Shown: one piece after another, positions 7,347 through 22,300 of the stretch
Layout of the letters: the number at the start of each line of letters is the position of its first letter
Position numbering within the stretch: position 1 is the first letter of the stretch
Source of the DNA: Eledone cirrhosa
Lineage: Eukaryota
NCBI GenBank assembly: GCA_964016885.1
Contig: OZ024754.1
Coordinates: forward strand, 24,242,001 to 24,306,000
Length of the DNA: 64,000 nucleotides
Direction: 5' to 3'
Position numbers and translations under genes: made by a program
Notes under the pieces: generated by a model
What the model saw: the letters and a program-made list of their open reading frames with translations, nothing else
Databases searched by the model: none
Told to the model about the DNA's origin: nothing

Positions 7347-10300
7347 ATGGCGTCTATACAAGTTGGATGTTTGAATGTGCGTAGCCTGGGGATGTCCTGG
7401 AAATAGGGCCAATTTTTAAACGACCTCAGGTCACACTATATAAATGTGATAGCAGTCACTGAGTCCAGGATTCACGACAGGCAGCAGCTAACCCCCATGT
7501 TCGGTGACTTTGAGATCTACGTATCTCTCTGTCAGCCAGGAGGTGGAAGGGGAGTTGCTGTTTTGTTTCCAATAAAACCTGGGTTTCAAAGTACAGACAA
7601 TCTACTTGGACCTGGAGAGCAATTTGATTGTCCTAGACGTTAATGGTTGTGAAAGTGGAGCTTTCAGACTGGTTGCCGTAAATGCCCCAACTGGGACATC
7701 ACGACCAGAGTTCTTTAAGCGTTTTTAACGCTCTTTACTGTTAGAGTGGGACTGGAATGGTATCTTAGACACACGTTGGGACTATGTAGAGATATATGTT
7801 AGTAGAGAGCGTGTAATAGCCTCAAAAATCTTATCAGCCAATTCCAACTGGCTGATAGATATCGACTATATTTCCCAAGTGCACCATTGTGGACGTGGAG
7901 CAACCGCTCTGGGTCTTCTAGATTGTATTTAGACAGATTTCTAATTAGACAAAATGATAGGGAAACATTAAGCTGTTCACAAATGCACAGACAACAAATT
8001 AGACAGGGACCCGAATACTGGAAGCAAAACATGTCGCTCCCGACACGTAAATCCTACAGTAAACGGATTAGCACTTTAGTTAAACGTCAGTTGACGGGAG
8101 CCATCGTTAACAACAGATGGTGGTGCTCTCTCAAGAGAGCAATTACAGTAGAATCAATAGCATTTAGCAAGGAAGTAGCTTTAGAAAAGAACAAAACTGA
8201 AAAGGAGCTGGTAGCCAAAGTAGAAGAGGCACTTAGGAGTGGCAGTACAGCTGACATGCTAGCGGCGAGACCGGCATTAGACCAGTTCTTCAACGTGAAA
8301 CACGAAGGTTGTATTGTCAGAAGAAGAACACGTGTTCTGAGAAATGAGGGAGCGAAAGCTCTTAGCTGGGCCTGCGTGGCAGAGGCGAAAAGTGGCAACA
8401 AATCCACAATTTGGTCTTTGGATATTACTTGAATCCAAGCAGATGTGCACGGCCTTCCAGCAGCACTTTGCACAACTGTTCAGGCAGAGCGACTCTCGAA
8501 CACAGATGCGGAGAGCTGCGAAAGGCTGATCACAGCGGGCGAAATAGAAGACGCTCTAGGCCGCTGTGGGTAACGAAAATCCCCCGGTTTAGATGGTCTA
8601 CCTTATGAGTTTTACATAGCCATGCCAGACTTGTTTTCTGAGGTCCTCGAAGCAGTCTACTGCAACTGGTATCAGAACGGGAGAATTCCCAGTTCTGTAA
8701 GCAGAAGCGTAGTAACGCTGATCAGGAAAGATGAGAACAAAGGGGATGAGATAAGCAATTTCAGGCCCATAACTCTGCTCAACACAGTTGAAGATTTTGA
8801 CCAAGATATTAGCAATAAGACTGGCGCTCGTCGTCGAGAACCTGGTGGGGGAAGCGAAAACGTGTGCAATCCCGACCACGAAAACCTCCACCTCATGCGA
8901 TACATCATAGAGAGGGTAGGGTGTAAACCTGGCTTCGGTGGGGCTCTGATCAATTTAGATCAATCTAAGGCATTTGATAAGGTCAACCATCAATACTTGA
9001 AGCGGTTCTCAAGGCGGCCAGTTTCTGTCCCGTCTTCAGAGGCTGGATCGCTGCCATGCACGGCAACATCTGCTCGGCAGTCAAGGTGAATTGTTACCTA
9101 TCGGAGCCATTCCAAATCATGCGTTCCATCCACCAAGGATGCCCTCTCTCCTCCATTCTGTATGTGCTGACTCTCGAGCCACTACTGCGGAAGTTGGAGT
9201 CATTGCAGGGTATCCTGATAGAACCAGGACTGCGAAAAGCAGCATTGGCCTCTGCCGACGACGTGACCGTAATGGTGTCGAAAACCTCAGAAATCGGGGT
9301 AATCGGCAACCTATTACATGAATACGAAACGTTGACAGGAGCAAAACTAAAACCCGAACACGTCTGTCTGTTTGCAACTCGGCAAACCCATGTCGTCCGA
9401 TAACGTCGTTGGACGCTGGACGGAAGGGCCGGTGAAATTGCTCGGGATCTAGCTTGGTCTAGACCTCCAGGTAGACAAAAACTGGAATGAGGCCACGGCT
9501 AAGGTGTTTGCACTCACCCAGAAGTGGGCTGAGTACAAACAACTCTCCTTAAAAAGTCGAGCGGAGATGGCGAACACTTACATAGCGTCCGTCATCTACT
9601 ACCGCTTGACTGTCGTGCCTTGTCCCCGCGATCACCTCACCAAAATGGAACTTCAAGTTCCTTTGGAAGAAACAGGCTCCGTTGGTGAGGAGATCCATCT
9701 GCTGCCAATACCCTTCTAACGGAGGGTTGGGCATGCCGTGGCTGATAATGCGCAAACACGCGCTGAGGTTACGCCATCTCCAGATGTTCTTGACCGGTAA
9801 ACCGGTGTGGTTGTTGGTTGAGAGACGAGCTTTTCCACAACTCGTCTCGTTAACAGAGATGCAGTCCTGGGTAAAGCGAAGACCGAAAATGGGCGCCTGG
9901 CACCTCGAGTGCCTTTAGGCGCTCACAGCCCTCTACGAAGCTAAAACTCCACGTCGACATTCTATAGGGGATTAGTGGAGGATAAGTTCGACGACGTTCT
10001 CGGGGAAACACTAGGCATCGAAGAGGACGAACTGTTCGAGAGGACCTTCCATCCAGGGCCTATGGATAACTTCCAGAGGTCTCTGGCCTGGAAGTGCTAC
10101 CGAGGAGCTCTACCAGTTCGAGACAAAATCTACAGGCACGGACGCCCTGGCTGGGATCCTGCCATAAGGACCTGTCTAACATGCGAGCAGGACATTGAAA
10201 CCGTCCTGCACGCAATTGTTCAGTGCCCAGAGGTGTCCGACCTATGTCAAACAGCTACTGTCACGTGCGGGACGCATCCAGTTGTCAGCCGAGTCCATCG

Positions 10301-10580
10301 TGAGGATCACCCCGCCGCCTTCATTTAAGAATGAAGGAGAGGCGACTTTCCTCTGTCTGGCAGCTATGACGAAATGGTTAATATGGTGGATGAGGTTGAA
10401 AGGACTGAGGGCAAACACCTTTATTTCCGGACAACAACTTATCCCTTCTTTAAATACCACTTCAGAAGGAAGGTGAGAGTGGAGAGAGAGGTGCTACCCC
10501 CCAGTAAATTCGCTGAAAGGTGTGTGAATCTGGCGGAAATGGCCCGAGTGAATGGGCTTTCCCTGTATATAAACCTGTAG
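7347..10580 (+). pseudogene. LINE ORF2 (APE endonuclease, reverse transcriptase, zinc finger) with multiple stops, frameshifts and deletions
   Basis: APE: MASIQVGCLNVRSL, VIAVTESR, GRGVAVLF, GDWNGILD, WTWSN..LDRFLI. Linker: GPEYWKQN. RT: KSPGLDGLPYEFY, FRPITLLNT, LDQSKAFDKVNH, QGCPLS, ASADD (9248-9262). C-terminus: GGLG, CLTC..ETVLHAIVQC. Stop TAG at 10578-10580. Confidence 0.93.
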
Positions 10581-11624
10581 GTTGAGGAAGACGGGAACAC
10601 CTACAAAACGTGCTCCTGGTGTTGAGGGTTGTTCTATGTTCTATCTACTACTCTGCAGTAACGTTCCCCTATTGAGGATTTTGATTGTTATTTTATTTTA
10701 TATATTGTTTATTGTTATTATTAATGTTAAAGTTTACATAATTTTTATATAAAACCCCCGCCGTCACGTCTTGTAATGTCCCATTTCTTGTACGCCCTTG
10801 TGGCAAATAAAGAATATCTATCTATCTATATGCGTTTCTCTCTCTCTCCCCCTCTCTTTCTCTGTGCCTCACTATCCATATATCTCCCTGAACTGCCTGC
10901 ATGTCTGTCTACGGGAGGCACAGCAAATATTTCTAATATTTTTCATCTTGGATGTTCCTACCACAGGGATTTATTAGACAAACTGAGCTAAACAAGTACA
11001 CTGACGATTAGATAGGTAGACGAAAAATTTAGTTTACGATCACAACAGTGATGATACTTTCACAAGTATAAGGAAAACATTTTCAGGCACCCTGTAGCTA
11101 CATAAAAGTATTTAAGTATTAAACATATAATCGTATCTCCTGGGTACCAGAGTAATATATTAATATTTTCACAGGTGTAAGGCGAGCGTTCATGCAAGAG
11201 CTTAACTCTTGGCGAGTTGAGTTCGTGACCCGCTTTCAAATGTTGATTTTAGCTATTTCATACCCCTTTCCATGACTAATGCTATTCAGAAAGGCATGAT
11301 TGTCACCACAACAAACTCCTCTTCTTTTTTTTCTACAATCCTGAGCTTAATGTATCTATCGATGTGGAAATCAATATTTTGATATATTTTGTTGAACTAT
11401 TTCCACAAAAGAGTGAATCTGATGGCAAGACGTGTGAATAGAATAGTCTAACTTCGTTTTTTGTGTTGTCGCCATTCAACTTTAATCATATTACTCATAT
11501 TACTGTTCGTAAGAAAAGCACGAACACAACATCCCAATATATTCCTCAATAAATGTGTAACTTTGTGTTACTACAACTTCAAGTTAGAAGTCAATATTTT
11601 TACAGGTGTTGAAAAAAAAAGTTC

Positions 11625-11845
11625 TTCCGGAGGCAGTGTGTAGTAACTACAGAGGGACATATTTATTGAAACAAATTAAAATGTACCCAGGTATTCCTAC
11701 ATAATATCCAGGTCGTCCGGTGTAGCTACATAAGTGAACATGGTTACCAAAAACAACTTGATTACAATTTATCCAGGTGATGCAACAAAACTTTCAGGTC
11801 GTTCCGTGTAACTACATGAGGGAACATGACTGCCAAAACATTCAA
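11625..11845. repeat. Degenerate ~85-bp tandem repeat, about 3 copies
   Basis: CAGGTCGTCCGGTGTAGCTACATAAGTGAACATGGTTACCAAAA (~11709) vs CAGGTCGTTCCGTGTAACTACATGAGGGAACATGACTGCCAAAA (~11795), with a weaker copy GTAACTACAGAGGGACAT (~11644). Confidence 0.65.
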
Positions 11846-12015
11846 TGAAAACTTCGGCAAGTAATGTAGTAACAACATTTTATTCTGTGTTAGTATATAT
11901 ATAACAAAACATTAACTATGGAAACACCAAAGTGAAGAAACACAAAATCTTTCGTACATTCGATACAATTCGACAAGCCTGAGAATATACATCCTCATTG
12001 TTTCATGTGAGAGGA

Positions 12016-12298
12016 TGGTGGATTAGCAGTAACGGTAGAGCGTCAGACAACAGGGTGGTGGATTAGCAGTAACGGTAGAGCATCAGACAACAGGGTGGTG
12101 GATTAGCAGTAATCGGTAGAGGGTCAGACCTTTGCGGCATGTAGATGCGTCTCTTTATGTTCTGAGTTCAAATCCTGCCGAGGTTCATCCTTTCGGAGTC
12201 GATAAAATAAAGTACTAGTAACACACTGGGGCCGGTATAATTAATTTTCCTCCTCCCCACAAATTGTTGGCCTTGTGCCTAAATCAGAAACCTTTATT
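12016..12298 (+). mobile_element. tRNA-derived SINE with a triplicated 40-bp head
   Basis: A-box-like TGGTGGATTAGCAG at 12016, 12056 and 12096; B-box GAGTTCAAATCC at ~12164; body TTTCGGAGTCGATAAAATAAAGTAC...GGCCTTGTGCCTAAA shared with other copies in the window. Confidence 0.8.
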
Positions 12299-12321
12299 GT
12301 ATCATGTAACTGGGTGTATGA

Positions 12322-12467
12322 ATGGCGGACTCAGTAGAACGTTGAACAAAATGCATTGTAGCATTTAGTTACGTCCCTTTACGTTCTCAGTTCAATTTCA
12401 GCTGAAGTCAGTTTTATCTTTTATCCGTCCACGTTGATAAAGTAAAATACTGGCATCGATTTAATTG

Positions 12468-12470
<3 letters not shown>
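12322..12470 (+). mobile_element. Degenerate SINE copy interrupted by the RTE-type insertion
   Basis: Colinear with 12016-12298 (ctttacgttctcagttcaat, gataaagtaaa, atactggcatcgat). Confidence 0.65.
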
Positions 12471-12498
<28 letters not shown>

Positions 12499-12871
12499 CT
12501 TCTTCTTCTTCTTCTTCTTCTTCTTCCGCCCAATCGTCAGAGTGCGTAGCTCGGAGATCAAGGAGTCACTCCAGGTAGAGCCGCTACTTCTCCGAATTAA
12601 GAGATCACAGCACCGATAGTATCGGCATGTGGTTAGAATGTCGCGGGAAAGAATCGCTGGACAAATTTTACAGGCAAAACCAACCGGCAGGAGACCCAGT
12701 GGTAGACACCGAGCAAGATGGTTGGATAACATCCATGACTTTATCTGGAATCGCTTGGGGATCCAACCGGATCAGTTGGAGACGGTTGCTTCTGACAGGA
12801 ACTGTTGGAAGGTGTTTGAAGGCTCTGCCCTCACGACTATCTCAGGAATAAATGGGCGAAGAAGAAGAAGA
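12468..12871 (+). mobile_element. 3' fragment of an RTE-type LINE with a (GAA)n tail and an inverted tail copy at its 5' side
   Basis: Translation RVRSSEIKESLQVEPLLLRIKRSQHR*YRHVVRMSRER..GRRPSGRHRARWLD..ASDRNCW matches the C-terminal W.GHV.RM / GRP..RW.D / DR..W pattern of RTE-like ORF2; ends in TGGGCG(AAG)4. Confidence 0.85.
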
Positions 12872-13147
12872 CTTCCCAAAAACTCATAAAAAGTTTCCAA
12901 CAAACTAAATCTGCGATATGGCTTCGATCCTTAATCATAGCCATTTGAAGTCGTTGATATAACTAATGTCCTTGAGAAAAACATAAATACCATTTCTCAA
13001 TATATTATTTACACACACACACGCACACACGAGCGCGCGCACACACACACAAGTTGTACTGTAAACTGTCAATAAACAAGCTGCCATATTGCACTTCAGC
13101 AGCATTGCAGGGTAACATTCTTTATTGAACTGCTAATCAATAACATT

Positions 13148-13318
13148 GTATCGGTAGAGGGTCGGACGCCATGCTTTGACGCATAGAGTTACGGCCCTTG
13201 CCATTCTGAGTACAAATCCTGACGAGGTTAACTTTGCCTTTCATTCTTACGGGGTCGATAAAATAAAGTACAGTGGGTAATTGCTGACCTGTGCGAAAAG
13301 TAGAAACAATTATTATTA
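13148..13318 (+). mobile_element. Degenerate SINE copy immediately upstream of the satellite
   Basis: ATCGGTAGAGGGTCGGAC, TTCTGAGTACAAATCCTGACGAGGTT and GGGGTCGATAAAATAAAGTAC match 12112-12215. Confidence 0.8.
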
Positions 13319-13371
13319 GAACAAAATTAATAAATACACAAGGTTGGAAAAAAAAAGCATTCGTACTGACA

Positions 13372-16300
13372 CCAACTTCACAACACCATTAACAACACCA
13401 ACAACAAGACACAACCATTAACAACACCAACGACAACACACCACCATTAACAACACCAACAACAACACACCACCATTAACAACACCAACAAAAAGACACC
13501 ACCATTAATAACACCAACAACAACATACCACCATTAACAACACCAACAACAACACACCACCATTAACAACACGAACAACAACACACACCACCATTAATAA
13601 CACCAACAACAACACACCACCATTAACAACACCTGCAACAACAGACCACCATTAACAACACCAACAACAACACACCACCATTAACAACACCAACAACAAC
13701 ACACCACCATTAACAACACCTGCAACAACAGACCACCATTAACAACACCAACAACAACACACCACCATTAATAACACCAACAACAACAGACCACCAACAA
13801 CAACACACCAACAACATACCATCATTAACACCACCAACAACATCACACCACCATTAACACCACCAACAACAACACCACCAACAACAACACACCACCATTA
13901 ACAACACCAACAACAACACACCACCATTAACAACACCAACAACACACCACCATTATCAACACCACCAACAACACACCACCATTAACAACACCAACAACAC
14001 ACCACCATTGACAACACCAACAACAACACACCACCATTAATAACACCAAAAACAACACACCACCATTAACAACACCAACAACAACACACCACCATTAACA
14101 ACACCAACAACAACACACCACCATTAACAACACCTACAACAACAGACCACCATTAACAACACCAACAACAACACACCACCATTAACAACACCTACAACAA
14201 CAGACCACCATTAACAACACCAACAACAACACACCACCATTAACAACACCAACAACACATCACCAGTAACAACACCAACAACACACCACCATTATCAACA
14301 CCAACAACAACACACCACCATTAACAACACCAACAACACACCACCATTGACAACACCAACAACAACACACCACCATTAACAACACCAACAACAACACACC
14401 ACCATTAACAACACCAACAACACACCACCATTGACAACACCAACAACAACACACCACCATTAACAACACCAACAACAACACACCACCATTAACAACACCA
14501 ACAACACACCACCATTGACAACACCAACAACAACACACCACCATTAACAACACCAACAACAACAGACCACAATTAACAACACCAACAACAACACACCACC
14601 ATTAACAACACCAACAACACATCACCATTAACAACACCAACAACACACCACCATTATCAACACCAACAACAACACACCACCATTAACAACACCAACAACA
14701 CACCACCATTGACAACACCAACAACAACACACCACCATTAACAACACCAACAACAACACACCACCATTATCAACACCAACAACAACACACCACCATTAAC
14801 AACACCAACAACAACACACCACCATTAACAACACCACCAACAACACACCACCATTAACAATACCAACAACAACACACCACCATTAACAACACCAACAACA
14901 GACACAACCATTAACAACACCAACAACAACACACCAACAACAACACCACCAACAACAACACACCACCATTAACAACACAAACAACACACCACCATTAACA
15001 ACACCAACAACAACACACCACCATTATCAACACCAAAAACAACACACCACCATTAACAACACCAACAACAACACACCACCATTAACAACACCAACAACAA
15101 CACACCACCATTAACAATACCAACAACAACACACCACCATTAACAACACCAACAACAGACACAACCATTAACAACACCAACAACAACACACCAACAACAA
15201 CACCACCAACAAAAACACACCACCATTAACAACACAAACAACACACCACCATTAACAACACCAACAACAACACACCACCATTAACAACACCAACAACAAC
15301 ACACCACCATTAACAACACCAACAACACACCACCATTGACAACACCAACAACAACACACCACCATTAACAACACCAACAACAACAGACCACCATTAACAA
15401 CACCAACAACAACACACCACCATTAACAACACCAACAACACATCACCATTAACAACACCAACAACACACCACCATTATCAACACCAACAACAACACACCA
15501 CCATTAACAACACCAACAACACACCACCATTGACAACACCAACAACAACACACCACCATTAACAACACCAACAACAACACACCACCATTATCAACACCAA
15601 CAACAACACACCACCATTAACAACACCAACAACAACACACCACCATTAACAACACCACCAACAACACACCACCATTAACAATACCAACAACACACCACCA
15701 TTAACAACACCAACAACAGACACAACCATTAACAACACCAACAACAGACACAACCATTAACAACACCAACAACAACACACCAACAACAACACCACCAACA
15801 ACTACACACCACCATTAACAACACATACAACACACCACCATTAACAACACCAACAACAACACACCACCATTATCAACACCAAAAACAACACATCACCATT
15901 AACAACACCAACAACAACACACCACCATTAACAACACCAACAACAACACACAACCATTAACAATACCAACAACAACACACCACCATTAACAACACCAACA
16001 ACAGACACAACCATTAACAACACCAACAACAACACACCAACAACAACACCACCAACAAAAACACACCACCATTAACAACACAAACAACACACCACCATTA
16101 ACAACACCAACAACAACACACCACCATTAACAACACCAACAACAACACACCACCATTAACAACACCAACACCAACACACCACCATTAACAACACCAACAA
16201 CAACAAACCACCATTAACAACACCAACAAGACACACCACCATTAACAACACCAACAACAACACACCACCATTAACAACACCAACAACAACACACCACCAT

Positions 16301-19300
16301 TAACAACACCAACAACAACAAACCACCATTAACAACACCAACAACAACACACCACCATTAACAACACCAACAACAACACACCACCATTAACAACACCAAC
16401 AACAACACACCAACAACAACACCACCAACAACAACACACCACCATTAACAACACCAACAACAACACACCACCATTAACAACACCAACAACAACACACCAC
16501 CATTAACAACACCAACAACAACACACCACCATTAACAACACCAACAACAACACACCACCATTAAAAACACCAACAACAACACACCACCATTAACAACACC
16601 AACAACAACACACCAACAACAACACACCACCATTAACAACACCAACAACAACACACCACCATTAAAAACACCAACAACAACACACCACCATTAACAACAC
16701 CAACAACAACACACCAACAACAACACCACCAACAACAACACACCACCATTAACAACACCAACAACAACACACCACCATTAACAACACCAACAACAACACA
16801 CCACAATTAACACCACCAACAACAACACACCACCATTAACAACACCAACAACAACACACCACCATTAACAACACCAACAACACACCACCATTAACAACAC
16901 CAACAACATCACACCACCATTAACAACACCAACAACAACACACCACCATTAACAACACCAACAACAACACACCACCATTAACAACACCAACAACAACACA
17001 CCACCATTAACAACACCAACAACAACACACCACCATTAACAACACCAACAACAACACACCACCATTAAAAACACCAACAACAACACACCACCATTAACAA
17101 CACCAACAACAACACACCAACAACAACACAACACCATTAACAACACCAACAACAACACACCACCATTAAAAACACCAACAACAACACACCACCATTAACA
17201 ACACCAACAACAACACACCAACAACAACACCACCAACAACAACACACCACCATTAACAACACCAACAACAACACACCACCATTAACAACACCAACAACAA
17301 CACACCACAATTAACACCACCAACAACAACACACCACCATTAACAACACCAACAACAACACACCACCATTAACAACACCAACAACACACCACCATTAACA
17401 ACACCAACAACAACACACCACCATTAACAACACCAACAACAACACACCACCATTAACAACATCAACAACACACCACCATTAACAACACCAACAACAACAC
17501 ACCACCATTAACAACACCAACAACACACCACCATTAATACCACCAACAACAACACACCACCATTAACAACACCAACAACACACCACCATTAGCAACACCA
17601 ACAACAATACACCACCATTAACAACACCAACAACACACCACCATTAACAACAACACACCACCATTAACAACACCAACAACACACCACCATTAACAACAAC
17701 AATAACAACACACCACCATTAACAACTCCAACAACAACACACACCATTAACAACACCAACAACACACCACCATTAATAACGCCAACAACAACACACCCCC
17801 ATTAACAACACCAACAAGAACAAACCACCATTAACAACAACACCACCAACAACAACACACCACCATTAACAAAAACACAAACAACAAACCACCATTAACA
17901 AGACCAACAACACACACCACCATTAACAACACCAACAACAACAAACCACCATTAACAACAACACCACCAACAACAACACACCACCATTAACAACAACACC
18001 AACAACAAACCACCTTTAACAACACCAACAACAACAAACCACCATTAAAACACAACCAACAACAACAACACACCACCATTAACAACACCAACAACAACAA
18101 CAAACCACCATTAACAAGACCAACAACACACACCACCATTAACAACACCAACAATAACACACCACCATTAACAACACCAACAACGACATACCACCATTAA
18201 CAACAACAACAACAACACACCACCATTGACAACACCAACAACAACACACCACCATTAACAACACCAACAACAACACACCACCATTATCAACACCAACAAC
18301 AACACACCACCATTAACAACACCAACAACAACACACCACCATTAACAACACCACCAACAACACACCACCATTAACAATACCAACAACAACACACCACCAT
18401 TAACAACACCAACAACAGACACAACCATTAACAACACCAACAACAGACACAACCATTAACAACACCAACAACAACACACCAACAACAACACCACCAACAA
18501 CAACACACCACCATTAACAACACAAACAACACACCACCATTAACAACACCAACAACAACACACCACCATTATCAACACCAAAAACAACACACCACCATTA
18601 ACAACACCAACAACAACACACCACCATTAACAACACCAACAACAACACACCACCATTAACAATACCAACAACAACACACCACCATTAACAACACCAACAA
18701 CAGACACAACCATTAACAACACCAACAACAACACACCAACAACAACACCACCAACAAAAACACACCACCATTAACAACACAAACAACACACCACCATTAA
18801 CAACACCAACAAAAACACACCACCATTAACAACACCAACAACAACACACCACCATTAACAACACCAACACCAACACACCACCATTAACAACACCAACAAC
18901 AACAAACCACCATTAACAACACCAACAACACACACCACCATTAACAACATCAACAACAACACACCAACAACAACACACCCCCATTAACAACACCAACAAC
19001 GCACCACCATTAACAACACCAACAACAACACACGACCATTAACAACACCAACAACAACACACCACCATTAACAACACCAACAACACACACCACCATTATC
19101 AACACCAACAACAACACACCACCATTAACAACACCAACAACAACACACCACCATTAACAACACCAACAACAACACACCACCATTAACAACACCAACAACA
19201 ACACACCACCATTAACAACACCAACAACAACAAACCACCATTAACAACACCAACAACAACACACCACCTTTAACAACACCAACAACAACACACCACCATT

Positions 19301-22300
19301 AACAACACCAACAACAACACACCAACAACAACACCACCAACAACAACACACCACCATTAACAACACCAACAACAACACACCACCATTAACAACACCAACA
19401 ACAACACACCACCATTAACAACACCAACAACAACACACCACCATTAACAACACCAACAACAACACACCACCATTAAAAACACCAACAACAACACACCACC
19501 ATTAACAACACCAACAACAACACACCAACAACAACACCACCAACAACAACACACCACCATTAACAACACCAACAACACACCACCATTAACAACACCAACA
19601 ACAACACACCACCATTAACAACACCAACAACAACACACCACAATTAACACCACCAACAACAACACACCACCATTAACAACACCAACAACAACACACCACC
19701 ATTAACAACACCAACAACACACCACCATTAAAAACACCAACAACATCACACCACCATTAACAACACCAACAACACACACCACCATTAACCACACCAACAA
19801 CACACCACCATTAACAACACCAACAACACACCACCATTAACAACACCAACAACAACACACCACCATTAACAACACCAACAACAACATACCACCATTAACA
19901 ACATCAACAACGCACCACCATTAACAACACCAACAACAACACACCACCATTAACAACACCAACAACACACCACCATTAATACCACCAACAACAACACACC
20001 ACCATTAACAACACCAACAACACACCACCATTAGCAACACCAACAACAACACGCCACCATTAACAACACCAACAACACACCACCATTAACAACAACACAC
20101 CACCATTAACAACACCAACAACACACCACTATTAACAACTCCAACAACAACACACACCATTAACAACACCAACAACACACCACCATTAATAACGCCAACA
20201 ACAACACACCCCCATTAACAACACCAACAAGAACAAACCACCATTAACAACAACACCACCAACAACAACACACCACCATTAACAACAACACAAACAACAA
20301 ACCACCATTAACAAGACCAACAACACACACCACCATTAACAACACCAACAACAACAAACCACCATTAACAACAACACCACCAACAACACACACCACCATT
20401 AACAACAACACCAACAACAAACCACCTTTAACAACACCAACAACAACAAACCACCATTAACAACACCAACAACAACACACACCACCATTAACAACACCAA
20501 CAACAACAAACCACCATTAACAACAACACCACCAACAACAACACACCACCATTAACAACAACACCAACAACAAATCACCTTTAACAACACCAACAACAAC
20601 AAACCACCATTAAAACACAACCAACAACAACAACACACCACCATTAACAACACCAACAACAACAACAAACCACCATTAACAAGACCAACAACACACACCA
20701 CCATTAACAACACCAACAATAACACACCACCATTAACAACACCAACAACAACATACCACCATTAACAACAACAACAACAACACACCACCATTAACAACAC
20801 CAACAACAACACACCACCATTAACAACACCTGCAACAACAGACCACCATTAACAACACCAACAATAACACACCACCATTAACAACACCAACAACAACACA
20901 CCACCACTAACAACACCAACAACAACACAACACCATTAACAACACCAACAACAACAAACAACCATTAACAAGACCAACAACAACAAACCACCATTAACAA
21001 CACCAACAACAACAAATCACCATTAACAAGACCAACAACACACACCACCATTAACACCACTAACAACAACACACCAACAACAACAACACCACCAACAACA
21101 ACACACCACCATTAACAACACCAACAACAACACACCACCATTAACAACACCAACAACAACACACCTCCATTAACATCACCAACAATAACACACCACCATT
21201 AACAACACCAACAACAACACAACCACTAACAACACCAACAACAACACACCACCATTAACAACACCAACAACAACACACCACCATTAACAACACCAACAAC
21301 AACAAACCACCATTAACAAGACCAACAACACACACCACTATTAACAACACCAACAACAACACACCACCATTAACAACACCAACAACAACAAACCACCAGT
21401 AACAACACCAACAACACACACCACCATTAACAACACCAACAACAACACAACACCATTAACAACACCAACAACAACACACCACCATTAACAACAACACAAC
21501 CAACAACAACAGACCACCATTAACAACACCAACAACAACACACCACCATTAACAACACCAACAACAACACACCACCATTAACAACAACAACAACAACACA
21601 CCAACAACAACACCACCAACAACAACACACCACCATTAACAACACCAACAACAACACACCACCATTAACAACACCAACAACAACACACCACCATTAACAA
21701 CACCAACAACAACACACCACCATTAACAACACCAACAACAACACACCACCATTAAAAACACCAACAACAACACACCACCATTAACAACACCAACAACAAC
21801 ACACCAACAACAACACACCACCATTAACAACACCAACAACAACACACCACCATTAAAAACACCAACAACAACACACCACCATTAACAACACCAACAACAA
21901 CACACCAACAACAACACCACCAACAACAACACACCACCATTAACAACACCAACAACAACACACCACCATTAACAACACCAACAACAACACACCACAATTA
22001 ACACCACCAACAACAACACACCACCATTAACAACACCAACAACAACACACCACCATTAACAACACCAACAACACACCACCATTAACAACACCAACAACAT
22101 CACACCACCATTAACAACACCAACAACAACACACCACCATTAACAACACCAACAACAACACACCACCATTAACAACACCAACAACAACACACCACCATTA
22201 ACAACACCAACAACAACACACCACCATTAAAAACACCAACAACAACACACCACCATTAACAACACCAACAACAACACACCAACAACAACACACCACCATT

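Larger units (their letters stand above)
6633..10814 (+). mobile_element. Decayed, 5'-truncated L1/Tx1-clade non-LTR retrotransposon
   Basis: ORF1 remnant with a zinc knuckle; ORF2 with APE, RT and CCHC motifs; 3' UTR ending at AATAAA (10806-10811) followed by (TCTA)3. The 5' boundary is approximate. Confidence 0.92.

Noticed and set aside
6897-10460. Minus-strand ORFs over the LINE
   Set aside because: They are antisense shadows of ORF1 and ORF2 with no recognisable motifs.
12016-12180. tRNA gene
   Set aside because: A- and B-box-like motifs are present, but no cloverleaf forms and the sequence continues into a repeated SINE body.
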